DNA of 64,000 bases from Eledone cirrhosa (Eukaryota): contig OZ024760.1 of assembly GCA_964016885.1 (NCBI GenBank), positions 13,578,001 through 13,642,000 on the forward strand. Reading direction: 5' to 3'. Below the pieces are notes generated by a model, which was not told the DNA's origin, searched no databases, and worked only from the letters and a program-made list of their open reading frames with translations. This document shows positions 1-14,442 of this stretch, one piece after another. Both the position numbers and the translations under genes were made by a program. Within the stretch, counting starts at the first letter, position 1. Every line of letters begins with the position of its first letter.

Positions 1-1100
1 TGTTGGTGGTGGTGGTGGTGGTGGTATTGGTGGTGGTGGTAGTATTGGTGGTGGTGAGGGTGGTGGTGGTATTGGTGGTGCTATTGGTGGTGGTGGTATT
101 GGTGGTGGTGGTGGTATTGGTGGTGGTGTTGGTGGTGATGGTGGTGGTATTGGTGGTGGTGGTAGTATTGGTGGTGGTGAGGGTGGTGGTGGTATTGGTG
201 GTGGTGTTGGTGGTGGTGTTGGTGGTGGTATTGGTGGTGGTGGTGGTATTGGTGGTGGTGATGGTATTGGTGGTGGTATTGGTGGTGGTGATGGTGGTAT
301 TGGTGGTGGTGTTGGTGGTGGTGTTGGTGGTGGTATTGGTGGTGGTGATGGTGGTGGTGGTGTTGGTGGTGGTATTGGTGGTGGTGTTGGTGGTGGTATT
401 GGTGGTGGTGGTGTTGGTGGTGGTATTGGTGGTGGTATTGGTGGTGGTGTTGGTGGTGGTGGTGTTGGTGGTGGTATTGGTGGTGGTGTTGGTGGTGGTG
501 TTGGTGGTGGTATTGGTGGTGGTATTGGTGATGGTATTGGTGGTGGTGTTGGTGGTGGTGGTGTTGGTGGTGGTATTGGTGGTGGTATTGGTGATGGTAT
601 TGGTGGTGGTGTTGGTGGTGGTGGTGTTGGTGGTGGTATTGGTGATGGTATTGGTGGTGGTATTGGTGGTGGTGTTGGTGGTGGTGGTGTTGGTGGTGGT
701 ATTGGTGGTGGTGTTGGTGGTGGTGTTGGTGGTGGTATTGGTGGTGGTATTGGTGATGGTATTGGTGGTGGTGTTGGTGGTGGTGGTGTTGGTGGTGGTA
801 TTGGTGGTGGTATTGGTGGTGGTGATGGTGGTGGTGGTGTTGGTGGTGGTATTGGTGGTGGTGGTGTTGGTGGTGGTATTGGTGGTGGTATTGATGGTGG
901 TGGTAGTATTGGTGGTGGTATTGGTTGTGGTATTGATGGTGGTGGTGGTGGTGATTGTGGTGGTATTGGTGGTGGTGTTGGTGGTGGTGGTATTGGTGGT
1001 GGTATTCATGGTGGTATTCGTGGTGGTGGTATTGGTGGTGGTATTGGTGGGGGTTTGGCAATGATGGCAGGGGTGGTGGTGGTGCTTGTTGTTGTTTGGT
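1..1100. repeat. (GGT)n-based compound microsatellite
   Basis: Continuous GGT runs interrupted by GTATTG/GTGTTG; the poly-V and poly-H/Q ORFs are artefacts. Confidence 0.97.
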
Positions 1101-1230
1101 GGTGGTTTGGTAGGGAGGCTGCCATCTTGTCCTTCAGCAAGTTACTTGCTTTAACACCAGTTTCATTGAAGAGGGAGGCAATTGTTCTGCAGATAGTTAA
1201 CCCATGAAACCGTATCTAGCACCTTACTGT

Positions 1231-1352
1231 AGGTACACATTGTAGGGCTAGCCTAGGGTACTATATATGCATGTACACATTGTAGGGCTAGCATAGGGTA
1301 CTATATACCCAGGTACACATTGTAGGGCTAGCCGAAGGTACTATATACCCAG
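1231..1352. repeat. 40-bp minisatellite, about 3 copies
   Basis: Unit aggtacacattgtagggctagcctagggtactatataccc starting at 1231, 1271 and 1311. Confidence 0.9.
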
Positions 1353-2433
1353 AAGCTTACTCCTCTCCCAAGAGAGAGAGAGAGAAAGTGTGTGTGGCCC
1401 CTAATCTATAGCTTATTTAGCATGGATTACAAGTCCAGCATGGATTACAACCTAAGGTGATTGTGTTCCATGTAGCAGAGAACATTGATAAAATAAACAG
1501 AAGACAACCTACAACATGATTATGAACAAGTCACTGATCATTATGGGTGTGGGAAGATGTCGCCATGTGGTGAATGGAAAAAATAGCCCCCACCCCCCAA
1601 AAAAAAGACAGAAAGAGACAAAAAAAATGTCCATTGCAAACTAATTAGATAAATGAAGCTACTTCTGTGTGCAAGGAAAAATGGTGAATTGCCTGAGTGA
1701 TTTATTGTTCAAATGAAAACGGATAATGACTTCGATATAAAGATATAAAAACTATGAAAAAAAAGAAAGAAAAAAAAAGAAAATAAGAAAAGAATAAAAT
1801 AACAAATTAAAGTCAGTGAGATGTTAGAGTCATTCAATGTTGCTAATTTAATTTTAACTGAACTTCCTCAAATATATATTAGATTCAATTCAGTTCTTCA
1901 TTAAATTTTTGTTTTTATTTTTATTTTATTTTCATTTTTATTTATTTATTTTGTTTATTTAATATTATTTTATTTTATATTCATTTTGCTTATTTTATTT
2001 TTTATTATATTTTATTTCTTATTTATTTATTTTATTTCATTTATTTATTATTAATTAATTCATTTTATATATATATATATATATATACATATATATTTCT
2101 CTTTCACTATTTATATATATTTATATATTAATATATATATATATTTATTTATATAATTATATATATATGTTTATATATATAAGCTCCACTTGATCAAGGA
2201 TTAATACTAATATTCACTGCTGAACATTTTCGCTATTAATCAGCACTTAATGATTCCAAGCGTGAAGTAGTCTTGAAAATGGCCCAGCATAAGTTTTACA
2301 TGAAGGAAAAGAAATTTTCTTCCATATTAACACTGAGTGGTAAACGTGACATGAACTATTTTCCAATTGAGTTGAATAAAGTGACAAATTTTCACGGTTA
2401 AAATCACTTTTGAAACACTCTTTCGATATGATA

Positions 2434-2487
<54 letters not shown>

Positions 2488-3235
2488 TCTCTCTCTCTCT
2501 CCCTCTCTCTCTCTCTATATATATATATATCTTGTGTAGTTATGCAATTTTATTTCTGGGTTAGCTTGTAGCTTATAACTTTCTGAAGAACATCTTCAAT
2601 TGTAAGTTAGAAATTTTGATTATTCGATCATAAACAACTGCCTCAAGATGATATCTGAAATCCGAAGGTATTTATATGCCAAAGAAAAACTACTTGACTT
2701 TGAAAATCAAAATGGAGAAGGAAACAGCTTCTCTCAAATATAATTACAATTTACACATAGCACAGCCATTAATATTTTATTAAGAATCATAACAAAAATA
2801 GTTTACATTAAAAGACTAAATTTGTTTCAAAGTGTTGGCTGTACACTTGTCTTGAACAGAGGTTCAAGTAGTCAGAAGATTTCTTCTTCATGTGTTACCA
2901 ATCAACATTTCAAAGTGTTATTCTTAGGTTCTTAAATCTCTTTCTCTCTCTCTCTCTCTCTCTCTGTATCTCTCCATCTATATCACTCTCTATCTTTCTA
3001 TCCCTCTTTATCCATCTAGCTCTCTATCTATCTCTTTATCTTTCTCTGCCTCTCTCTCTCTACCTATCTGTCTATCTCTTTATCTATCTTTCTCTATCTC
3101 TTTATCTATCTATCTATCTATTTATCTCTCTACCTATCTTCTATTTTTGTTATATTTTATAACAAAATCCTCTATTGAGGATTTTGTTATAATTCTATTT
3201 TTTGTTATATTTTATTTTATTTTTATATATTGTTA

Positions 3236-3330
3236 TTGCCTCCTCCCTATTGAGGACGCCTTGTTTTGTAAACTCCCCCCATTGTACTTGTCCCACTTTT
3301 GATGCCCTTGTGGCAAATAAAAGAAACATA
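3236..3330 (+). mobile_element. 3' end of a dispersed retroposon (related ends near 11748 and 11823)
   Basis: Shared terminal motif cccttgtggc(c/a)aataaa(a)gaaa followed by simple repeats. Confidence 0.45.
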
Positions 3331-3588
3331 CCTATCTTCTATCCCTCCCCCTCTCTCTCTATCCACCTACATGTCCACTCTGATAACATGACACCTATGT
3401 CAAAAGAAAGCCAGTATTTATAATATATTTCAATTAAATCTGAAAGATTTCATTTAAATATATTTTCAGAAACAGCATCTGCTGTTACAAATATATACCA
3501 ATGAAGGTTGGAAAATCACTGATGAAGGACTATTTTTATCATATGTAACCCATGTGCAACCACGCAGTATTCAATTCTTCTCATGTTT

Positions 3589-3631
<43 letters not shown>

Positions 3632-3682
3632 TGTGTGTGTGTGTGTGTGTGTACATGACTGAAAATTTTGAGAGAAGGGCAA

Positions 3683-4143
3683 AGTCTACCAGTTCTACCC
3701 CCATATATCTGGCAACAGTCTACCAGTTCTACCCCCATTATATATGGCAACAGTCTACCTGTTCTACCCCCATTATATCTGGCAACAGTCTACCAATTCT
3801 ACCCCCATATATCTGGCAACAGTCTACCAGTTCTACCCCCATTATATCTGGCAACAGTCTACCAATTCTACCCCCATATATCTAGCAAGTCTACCAATTC
3901 TACCCCTATTATATCTGGCAACAGTCTGCAGTTCTACCCCCATTAAATCTGGCAACAGTCTACCAATTCTACCCCATTATATCTGGCAACAGTCTACCAA
4001 TTCTACCCCCCATATATCTAGCAACAGTCTACCAATTCTACCCCCATTATATCTGGCAACAGTCTACCAATTCTACCCACATATATCTGGCAACAGTCTA
4101 CCAATTCTACCCACATATATCTGGCAACAGTCTACCAATTCTA
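3683..4143. repeat. ~35-bp minisatellite
   Basis: Unit atctggcaacagtctaccaattctacccccattat, about 13 copies. Confidence 0.95.
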
Positions 4144-4610
4144 GCAACCCACCGCCATTTCTATGTTACATAACATTAAAAGGCAATCAATATGACAAAT
4201 GTCACCTAACACTTGTTGTTTATTAAGTGTGATTTATGAAATCAGATTAAATCCCAAATTCCTGCTAATTCTTTTGAACCTCCACCAGAATCAAATGAAA
4301 GAGTTTTGGGGTGTTTTTTTCTTCTTTAGCCACAGGCTGTTATCAAATGATTATATTGATCTGCTTCCATGTATAATGATTGGAATTTCAGATTCACTAA
4401 TGAGGAATATGGCAGCTGATGAAAGTTAATGGGTTTTTTTTTGTAGTAGTAAGAATTTGGTAATTGAACAGTGTGATATTGATCTGCAGTAATTTATATT
4501 ATACCTGAAATAGTTACAGTTCCATAAAGGTAATTAGGAAATGTCTTTAACCCTTTTGATACCAACCAGATCAAAACTGCCCACAATTCTCTCAAACAAA
4601 ACCTTTTAAA

Positions 4611-4880
4611 GAGTTTCTATTTAAATTATAATCTCCCAACAAAAGTTTAATACAAGAACCATATGTTAAATTAATATCGTAGTAATGAAATAATAGTTTT
4701 AACAATTTCAGTAAATCCCTCAAAATTCTTTTAAATTAAATAGAAATACAGGGTTCCTATTTAAATTATAAATTTCCAACAAAAGTTTTAAGCATGGAAA
4801 CATGGACACTAAACGGTGATGATGATGAAATAATAGTTTCATTAAATCCCTCAAAAATTCTTCCATAATTAAATAGAAAT
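4611..4880. repeat. Diverged ~140-bp tandem duplication
   Basis: ctatttaaattata..ccaacaaaagttt, atgaaataatagttt and taaatccctcaaaa each recur about 140 bp apart. Confidence 0.7.
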
Positions 4881-5729
4881 GGAAACTATTTCATTTGAAA
4901 TTCTGTTATAAACGTGTTAATGTTGATTATTTTGTCTAAAAGTTTATTTCTTTTTCTTAACAAAATCCAACAAAACTTAGGGTGAAACACAAACATATAC
5001 ACCAAGTCCACTTTGGATAGGTTGATAGGTTTTATGGATGACTGATTATAAAATTGATTTCCATCATGTTAAAACTATTTTATTTTCAATTTATCTAAGC
5101 TACTAAGTTAATGTCAATATAATGTGTTACGGATGTGTTGTTTTTATAGGGATGTGTTATGTTATTATAGAGATGTGTTATGTTATTATAGAGATGTGTT
5201 ATGTGTTATAGAGATGTGTTATGTTTTACAGAGATGCGTTATGTGTTATTGGATGGAAATAATGTTTAATAGGTGGAGTGGTTTCTTTCCTAAAGATGTT
5301 TTCGTTTGCCTGATTACATGAAAATGTTGTTAGAGTCAAAGAAAATCTTTTTACGTTGCTTTAGAAATTGTTTAAAACTTTGATGAAACATTTTGAAATG
5401 TAGATTGTGTGTGTTGTTTGTGTTTGTATGTGTGTTGTTTGTGTGTATGTGTGAGTTGTTTGTGTATATGTGTGTTGCTTATGTATGTGTGTGTTTGTGT
5501 ACGTGAGTGTTGTTTGAGAACATATTTGTCTTCATATTGGACTCTTCCACAAGAAAACACCCTTTCGTAATGGACTCTTCCACAAGAACATATCTTCATA
5601 ATGGACTCTTCTACAATAACACAAGCCCGAGAAATCATATCTTCAGATTCTGTCTTCACAGAACAACATAAAAAGATCCATTTTCAAAGAATTTGCTTAT
5701 TGACATAAACCTAACGAGAAATTCATGTA

Positions 5730-6195
5730 GATGTGTATTCATATGTATATGTGTGTGGGCATGTTTATATGCACTCATATTAGTGTGTGAGTCAGTGTGT
5801 ACTGTGCATATGTGTGTATTCATAAGCATATGAGTGTGTGTGTCTGTTCATGTGTATGTGTGTGTGTTCATAGGCATGTGAGTGTGTCTGTTCATGTGTG
5901 TGTGTGTATTCATGTGTATATGTGTGTGTGTGTGTGTGTGTTCATATGTATGTGTGTGTGTGTATTCATGTGTATATGTGTGTGTGTGTTCATGTATGTG
6001 TGTGTTCATGTGTATATGCGCGTGTGCGTGTGTGTTCATGTGTATGTGTGTATTCATAAGCATGTGAGTGTGTGTGTGTGTTCATGTGTATATGTGTGTT
6101 CATGTGTATATGTGTGTGTGTCTGTTCATGTGTATGTGTGTGTATTCATAAGCATGTGAGTGTGTGTGTGTGTGTGTGTTCATGTGTATATGTGT
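5730..6195. repeat. (TG)n-rich compound repeat
   Basis: Recurring ttcatgtgtatatgtgtgtg units. Confidence 0.9.
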
Positions 6196-6367
6196 GATGT
6201 CCATAAAAGTTGTTTCTTAATTGGAACGTATCAGAGAACCACATTCAAAGCACTAAAAATAATTTGCTAAAGTCTTCAGAGGTCAAAAGCTGACACTAAT
6301 CCAAAATGGCATTACTCTATTAGTCTTTGCTTTATTTCATATACAAATAGATGTCCCATTCCCTCTC

Positions 6368-6925
6368 TCTACCTACCATCTATCTACCTACCTACCTATC
6401 TATCTACCTACCTACCTATCTAGCTAGCTATCTACCTACCTATCTACCTACCTACCTACCTACCTACCTACCTACCTACCTATCTATCTACCTATCTACC
6501 TACCTATCTAGCTAGCTATCTACCTACCTATCTACCTACCTACCTATCTACCTACCTATCTAGCTATCTACCTACCTATCTACCTACCTACCTATCTATC
6601 TAGCTATCTACCTACCTATCTAGCTATCTACCTATCTATCTACTTACCTATCTAGCTATCTACCTACCTACCTATCTACCTACCTATCTATCTACTTACC
6701 TACCTACCTATCTACCTACCTACCTATCTATCTACCTACCTACCTATCTAGCTATCTATCTACCTATCTACCTACCTATCTATCTAGCTATCTACCTACC
6801 TACCTACCTACCTACCTACCTACCTACCTACCTACCTACCTACCTACCTACCTACCTATCTATCTACCTACCTACCTATCTACCTATCTATCTAGCTATC
6901 TACCTATCTACCTACCTACCTATCT
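6368..6925. repeat. (CTAC/CTAT)n tetranucleotide microsatellite
   Basis: Direct inspection. Confidence 0.97.
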
Positions 6926-7126
6926 ATATATGAATCTATCTTCCCACCTATTTATCGGTGTAGATATCTATCTACCTGTATTTTCTGTTTGGTTGTGTTA
7001 GGAAGGGTGTCTAGCTGTAGAAACCATGGTGTTAGAAAGGACATCATATTGTAAAACAAGGCTTTAAAAAATCCTATTCCAGCAGGGAAAAGTTGATGAA
7101 AAAATGGCGATAATATATACGTATAT

Positions 7127-7350
7127 ATCAAATTTAATACAGAAATGGCTTCTACAGGACTAGAACAGTTTCATTTGAAAGAAATCATCAGGAAAATCAA
7201 CTATCATTGTAGTACGGTTGGCTTTCCCGATGATTTCTTTCAAATGAAACAGTTCTAGAACTGTAGAAGACATTTCTATATTAAATTTGATGTTTAAACT
7301 CTACTAATGTATTGAGTACCTTACTGTGGTTACCCCCAATTGAACCCAAG
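7127..7350. mobile_element. Fold-back element with a hammerhead motif in each arm (Penelope-like terminal-repeat remnant)
   Basis: ~75-bp inverted arms spanning 7127-7291; the - arm reads ctgatga-tttctttcaaat-gaaa-ctgttctagtcctg-ta; the + arm has ccgatga...gaaacagttctagaactgta. Confidence 0.7.
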
Positions 7351-7669
7351 ACTTATATATATATATAAATAGGTCATCTTTGAACCATATATACACATAT
7401 ATATATATATGTGGCCAAAGGGTGGAGATGGTGAGAGTAGATCTGAAATCACAGAAGCTCACTGAGGAGACGATGACAAAAGAATGCAGTAATTAGAGGG
7501 ATGCTGTGATAGAAAAGATACATCAAACCAAGCTTGGTAATGCTGACATAAAATAATGATGATGATATATATACTGTATACACACATATATCAACCGATT
7601 CGAGTATACGTCCACACATACACACACACATACACCATTTTAACATGATAAAACACACCCAGTCCACCC

Positions 7670-8368
7670 TGTAAAGTGGTGGTGCTGGTACCATGATATA
7701 ATGGTCCCAGTCCACCCTGTAAGTGGTGGTGCTGGTACCATGATATAATGGTCCCAGTCCAGCCTGTAAGTGGTGGTGCTGGTGCTATGATATAATGGTC
7801 CATACAGGCTGTAAAGTGGTGGTGCTGGTGCCATGATATAATGGTCCATACAGGCTGTAAAGTGGTGGTGCTGGTACCATGATATAATGGTCCATACAGG
7901 CTGTAAAGTGGTGGTGCTGGTACCATGATATAATGGTCCATACAGGCTGTAAAGTGGTGGTGCTGGTACCATGATATAATGGTCCATACAGGCTGTAAAG
8001 TGGTGGTGCTGGTGCCATGATATAATGGTCCATACAGGCTGTAAAGTGGTGGTGCTGGTGCCATGATATAATGGTCCATACAGGCTGTAAAGTGGTGGTG
8101 CTGGTGCCATGATATAATGGTCCATACAGGCTGTAAAGTGGTGGTGCTGGTGCCATGATATAATGGTCCATACAGGCTGTAAAGTGGTGGTGCTGGTGCC
8201 ATGATATAATGGTCCATACAGGCTGTAAAGTGGTGGTGCTGGTGCCATGATATAATGGTCCATACAGGCTGTAAAGTTGTGGTGCTGGTGCCATGATATA
8301 ATGGTCCATACAGGCTGTAAAGTGGTGGTGCTGGTGCCATGATATAATGGTCCATACAGGCTGTAAAG
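7670..8368. repeat. 46-bp minisatellite, about 15 copies
   Basis: Unit tgtaaagtggtggtgctggtgccatgatataatggtccatacaggc; period confirmed 7810 to 7856. Confidence 0.97.
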
Positions 8369-8954
8369 TGTATCCAACCATAAAAACCAAGCCCCAAACA
8401 GTTACACCACAGTATGTGATAGCTCATCTACCTAAGCAAGCATGGAAAATAGATGACAAACTATGATGATATATACATATAGATATATATGCATTATATG
8501 CATATATATATATATATATACACTCACTGACGCACACACGTCTGTGTATATATGTATATATATATATGCATTTAACATGATGTTGATAATATATACATAT
8601 AGACATATACATTATATGCACACATACACACTCACACACGTGTGTATATGTATATATGTATGCATGTATCATGATGATGTGTGTGTACGTGTGTGTACGT
8701 GACTGGCTCGTAAACAATAGAATTTTAAGTGGCTGGCAGTAACAGAGGGAAAAATAAAACAACAACAACAATAACTAAAACTACAACAACAGCAACAACA
8801 ATAAAAACAACCAAAAAACAAGAAGCTGTCAAGTAGAATTATAAGTCTTTGCAATGAATATTTATGTTTATGCGAACCATTATCGATTGAGACAGTGGCA
8901 GTGTCATACCGCTGGGTGTTGTGCCACCCAAGCTGTGCCATGTAATAATGGTTT

Positions 8955-9170
8955 CTGATTTAAGCATAAGGCCAGCAATTTTGAGGGGAGGGGAAAGTTG
9001 ATTAAATCGACCCCAGTGCATTACTGGTGCTTCATTTTATTGATCCCATAAAAATGAAAGGTAAAGCAACGGCAAGATTTGAACTCAGAATGTAAAGGGC
9101 CATAACTATATGTTGCAGAGGATGGTGTCTGACGCTCTACTGATTCTGCCAATCCACCGCCCTTTTAATA
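8955..9170 (-). mobile_element. tRNA-derived SINE, family B
   Basis: Reverse complement of 29213-29400 (gagttcaaat B-box, ccagtaatgcactgggg tail). Confidence 0.8.
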
Positions 9171-9445
9171 ATTGTTTTTATATAGGCGGCACAATGCCAG
9201 CAATTACTCCAGTGCATTACTGGTACTTTATTTTATCGACCCCCCCCCCCCCCCCCCCGATAAAATAAGATGATGCATGACATACCCTGACATAGTAGAC
9301 AGTTAAGATTCAGTCCACACGAATGTCTAATTTTGTTAATATTTTGAATTAATATTAATAACTCCGGAAAACCATTGCTGTTGAGTGCTTCCAATCTATT
9401 GTAAAACTCATTCTTTGATTTATTCATTGAACCTTGTTTAACCTT

Positions 9446-9587
<142 letters not shown>

Positions 9588-9746
9588 CATATATATATAA
9601 TAAATATATATTTATATATATATACACACACACACACACATATATATATATACACATATACATGATTCCGTACACAAGGTCACACATTCGTCATCTCCAG
9701 ATGTCTTTTAATGGAGTCTCACTAAAATCTAAAATGGATTATGGAA

Positions 9747-10090
9747 GCACATGGCTTAATGGTTAGAGCATTGACCTTGCAATCGAAAGGTTGTGAGTTC
9801 AATCCTCAGACCGGGTGATGTGTTGTTTCCTTGAGCAAGACACTTTATTTCACATTGCTCCAGTTTACTCAGCTGTAGAAATGAGATGATAGGGACTGGA
9901 GTCCCTATCATTCCACTGTAAAGTGGTCGTGGAGGTGCCACGGCAAAAAAAAGCACCCAGCACTCACTGTAAATGAGGTTGGTGTTAGGAAGGGCATCCA
10001 GCTGTAGAAATCAAGCCAGAATCAGTTCCCGTCCCACCCTTGCAAGCAGGGAAAAGCGGACGTAAAATGAAATGAAATGAAATGAAAAAT
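9747..10090 (+). mobile_element. tRNA-derived SINE, family A, with RTE-like 3' tail
   Basis: A-box tggcttaatgg, B-box gagttcaatcc, central ccttgagcaagacactt, tail ggtgttaggaagggcatccagc shared with the RTE LINE 3'UTR, (GAAAT)n end. Confidence 0.85.
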
Positions 10091-10355
10091 GATTAATTAC
10101 TTTATAAGTTCCAACACAAGATTTCCATTCATATATATATATATATATTGGACGTTGAACGATGATGATGATATATATGTGTGTGTGTGTGTGTGTATGT
10201 AGGTACATAAGTATATATGTGTGTATGCATAATCTATTCATATATATATATATCTTTGTATATATACAAATATATCAATGTATATATATATATGTGTGTG
10301 TATGTATGTATATATATATATATATATAAATGTATATATATATATATATATCATA

Positions 10356-11029
10356 TATATCACGATACATTAACGGAACTATAGACTCTCGTCATTCCCT
10401 GTAAATAATGTGCTCAAAGGAGAAGAAATCCTGAGCTTTAAAATACAGTATGTTGAAAAGGTAACGCACTAGAGAGATACAGTGCGCTATCAATAAAACA
10501 GGGAAATAACACACCTGCAAATCCAAAGTGATCTGTTTCGCCAGTAAGTTGTTGACAGAAATGAAATAACCCCGGTTCTTCAGCGTGTGTAAGGCTATAC
10601 ATTTCAGACAACACTAAGAGAATTTTTAAAGCGACCGTCCAGCTACACGTGGGAGAGAGAAGTCACAGCGTGTTTAAGGGCAGTGAACCAGTGGCCTCTG
10701 AGGGATGAGCTGTTAGAAAGGGCAGCCCAAAACCACTCAGAGAAGTGTGGTCAACCAAACAGAGAGAGAGAGAGAACCAAAGGGAGAAAGAGGAAAAGAC
10801 TGTTATAAGGAGCGAAATATCACGATACATTAACGGAGCCATAGACTTTGTACGTGTATTATATAGTTATAGAGGTATTTATTTACGCTTTAATTTATAT
10901 TTTTAATTATCGTGTCTATACTCTGCCTTTCATAGGTTATAGATTCCATACATTGGTGGTTTTTCCGTTTTATTGATAGCACACTGTATCTCTCTCTAGT
11001 GTGTTACCTTTTCAACATACTGTATTTTA
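10356..11029. mobile_element. Composite repeat with direct and inverted segments (possible Penelope-like remnant)
   Basis: Direct repeat atatcacgatacattaacgga at ~10357 and ~10817; inverted repeat ~10438-10500 vs ~10966-11029; flanked by (TA)n. Confidence 0.5.
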
Positions 11030-12361
11030 TATATATATATATGTATATTTTTGTATATGCATTTATGTACATATGTTTGCATATAAGTGTGTACCGAGAG
11101 AAATAGCTGGGCATATGAAGGATCAGATGAAAGAGAGGAGACTGATCAGTGAAGGAGAGGACTGAATGTGAAGGAGAGGAGACTGATCAGTGATTCCGTC
11201 CCAACCCTGGGATTCAAAGTGTTACAATTTACCTCATTTTCACTGACCCATGTTTCATTTTCCCTTCGCTGACTTTGTGCTAATTGCTTGATCTGATCAA
11301 TTTATATATCAGTTAATAACTTTTTCTTAACAATATTTCTTTGTATATTGGCTAGTTTGTTACTGTCAATATAGCCTCTGTTTTCGGGATATTTCTTTTT
11401 CCAGTTGATATATGTCTGTTCTGTATTCTATCTATTTGATGGGTAGTACATGGCAGTGTAGAAAGCCTCAAGGACTTCTTTATTGTCTTCCCTTGACCAT
11501 TTTGACCCGGGTGACGGCCGATCCGGTATAAGATTTTATCATTTGACATTGGCTTTATTTTGTTGCGTTTTATCCTTAACCACCAAGGAGTAATCATTTT
11601 GTGTTACCACTCCTAGGACGAGTGTCAACCAAGACTAGAGGGGTTGTCCTCCCCTAGAGACATGGCTACTCCCCGCCGGTTGCCATCCCGGTATTTCTTG
11701 GTCACGGGGTTTTTTTTTTCATTACTATTATTATTATTACTATGTCAGCCCTTGTGGCCAATAAAGAAATCATTATTACTATTATTATCATTATTATTAT
11801 TATTACTGTCTACTTTATGTAAACCCTTGTGGTTAATAAAGAAATCATTATTATTATTATTACTATTATTACTATTATTATTATTGATATAATTATTAAT
11901 GCTAGAATTCAAAGCCCCCCCCCCCCCATCACCTGTTTCTCCATCTCTCCTTCTCCCCTGCCCTCCCTCTCTCATTTGTTTCTCTATCTCTCTTCTCCTC
12001 CTCCTCTCTCATTTGTTTCTCTATCTCTCCTTCTCCCTCTCTCTCTCCTTCTCCCCCTCCCCTCCTCTCTCTCTCTCGTTTGTTTCTCAATGGCAAGTAT
12101 CACTCCAAGGTTGGGTTTAGCTTTGTGAACAATTTTAATTGATTCCTCTAATTAGCCTTAGGGTAATAACATCCAACGAAGGACTTGATTAGTTCCTTGC
12201 GTCTACCTAGACAAAACCAATTGGAATAACTCAAAAGTGGAGAGATGGGGAGATGGAGGGATGGAGAGAGAGATGGGGAGATGGAGGCATGGAGAGAGAG
12301 ATGGAGAGAGAGAGAGATGGGGAGATAGAGAGATGGAGAGAGAGAGAGATGGGGAGAGAGA

Positions 12362-12426
<65 letters not shown>

Positions 12427-12973
12427 GGAGATGGAGAAAGGTAGAAATTATTGTTAATTTATGATCTGTTAAATAGGAAGCCAGATCCACCACCCAATGG
12501 TTACATTGATGGTGGATCTCCTCTCCAACTCCACCAAATGCTAATAAGAATATATTTCAACCATTTTATTGCCCTCTAACTACAATATATAATCACTTGG
12601 TGGCAAGTGCACAAATACCAAATAAAACAACTTGGATGTCATTGTAGAAGGTCATTTGATTATTTTTTCTATACATGGGGAAACTCATGTAAGGCATGGA
12701 AGTGGTCCCACAACCCCTTATGTGGGATTTCATTCTCCATTAAAAATATAAAATATATGAAAATCCAACTTCATCTTTCATCTTTTACACACACACACAC
12801 ACACATATAAATAAATATTGATTTCTAATTGAGGCACAAGGCCAGCACATTTTTAGGAGGGAAAAGTTGATTAAATCAACCTTAGTACGTATATATACAT
12901 ATATATATATATAAAATAATTAAGTCAAATATGTAAAATTTGGCTTCCTTTATTAAAATTATAGATATACTGC

Positions 12974-13038
<65 letters not shown>

Positions 13039-13627
13039 TGTGTACTGGACTCTTACTTTATTTTATCAACCCTAGAAAGGATGAAGGACAAAGTTGACCT
13101 CAGAATATAAGTTGCTGGAACAGATACTTCTAAGTATTTACACAACCCTACCAATCCACAACCCTCACCCTAACCCTACCAATCCATAAATAAGTCTTAA
13201 TAACATTTATTTATTTGTATTTATTTCTTGTTTGATTTTGTTTCCTATTTTATGTGACATTCAGAGGACAATGACGTCATTGGTCATTTGTGTCAAACGA
13301 TCTAATTATTTCTTCCCTGTATCAGCTACATTCACATGAAACTGTATTTATTCCATTAACAATGGTTTTTCATTGTTTCCTTCTTCTTGTTTTTCTACCA
13401 TTGTGATGTATGAGTTACTTTGGAATACTGTGATAACGGCCTAGAAGAGTTTCAGTTATATACACATGGATAGTCTTACAGTAGCATCATGATAACAAGG
13501 AAATATATATATGTGGCTGTATGATTAACACACAGTCTATGGTTCAGTCCCACTGTAAGACACCTTGGGTAAGTGTCTCCTACTATAGTCTCCGAATGTT
13601 AGACAGAAACTGTGTAGAAGCCCATCA

Positions 13628-13665
<38 letters not shown>

Positions 13666-13840
13666 CTGATGACCAGTCAACTCTACAGCACACTCTCTTA
13701 CCTTGTCAGATGCAAATCCTATGTTCTATTTTTATAATTCAAAAGGATAGGTGATGACAAGAATTTCAATTACATATATAGATAGTATTACATTAGCATT
13801 ACTACAATAAGGATACAAGGATTTATATATATATATATAT

Positions 13841-14442
<602 letters not shown>

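Noticed and set aside
3-1064. Poly-Val and His/Gln ORFs
   Set aside because: Trinucleotide repeat artefacts
3520-3545. Isolated CTGATGA/CTGAAGA heptamers (also near 2583, 4416, 13666, 36042)
   Set aside because: No properly placed stem II, GAAA or stem I
7591-8427. CRISPR-like array or repetitive protein
   Set aside because: Head-to-tail 46-bp units with no unique spacers, no cas genes, eukaryotic context
9747-9815. Functional tRNA gene
   Set aside because: No complete cloverleaf; continues into a SINE body found in several copies
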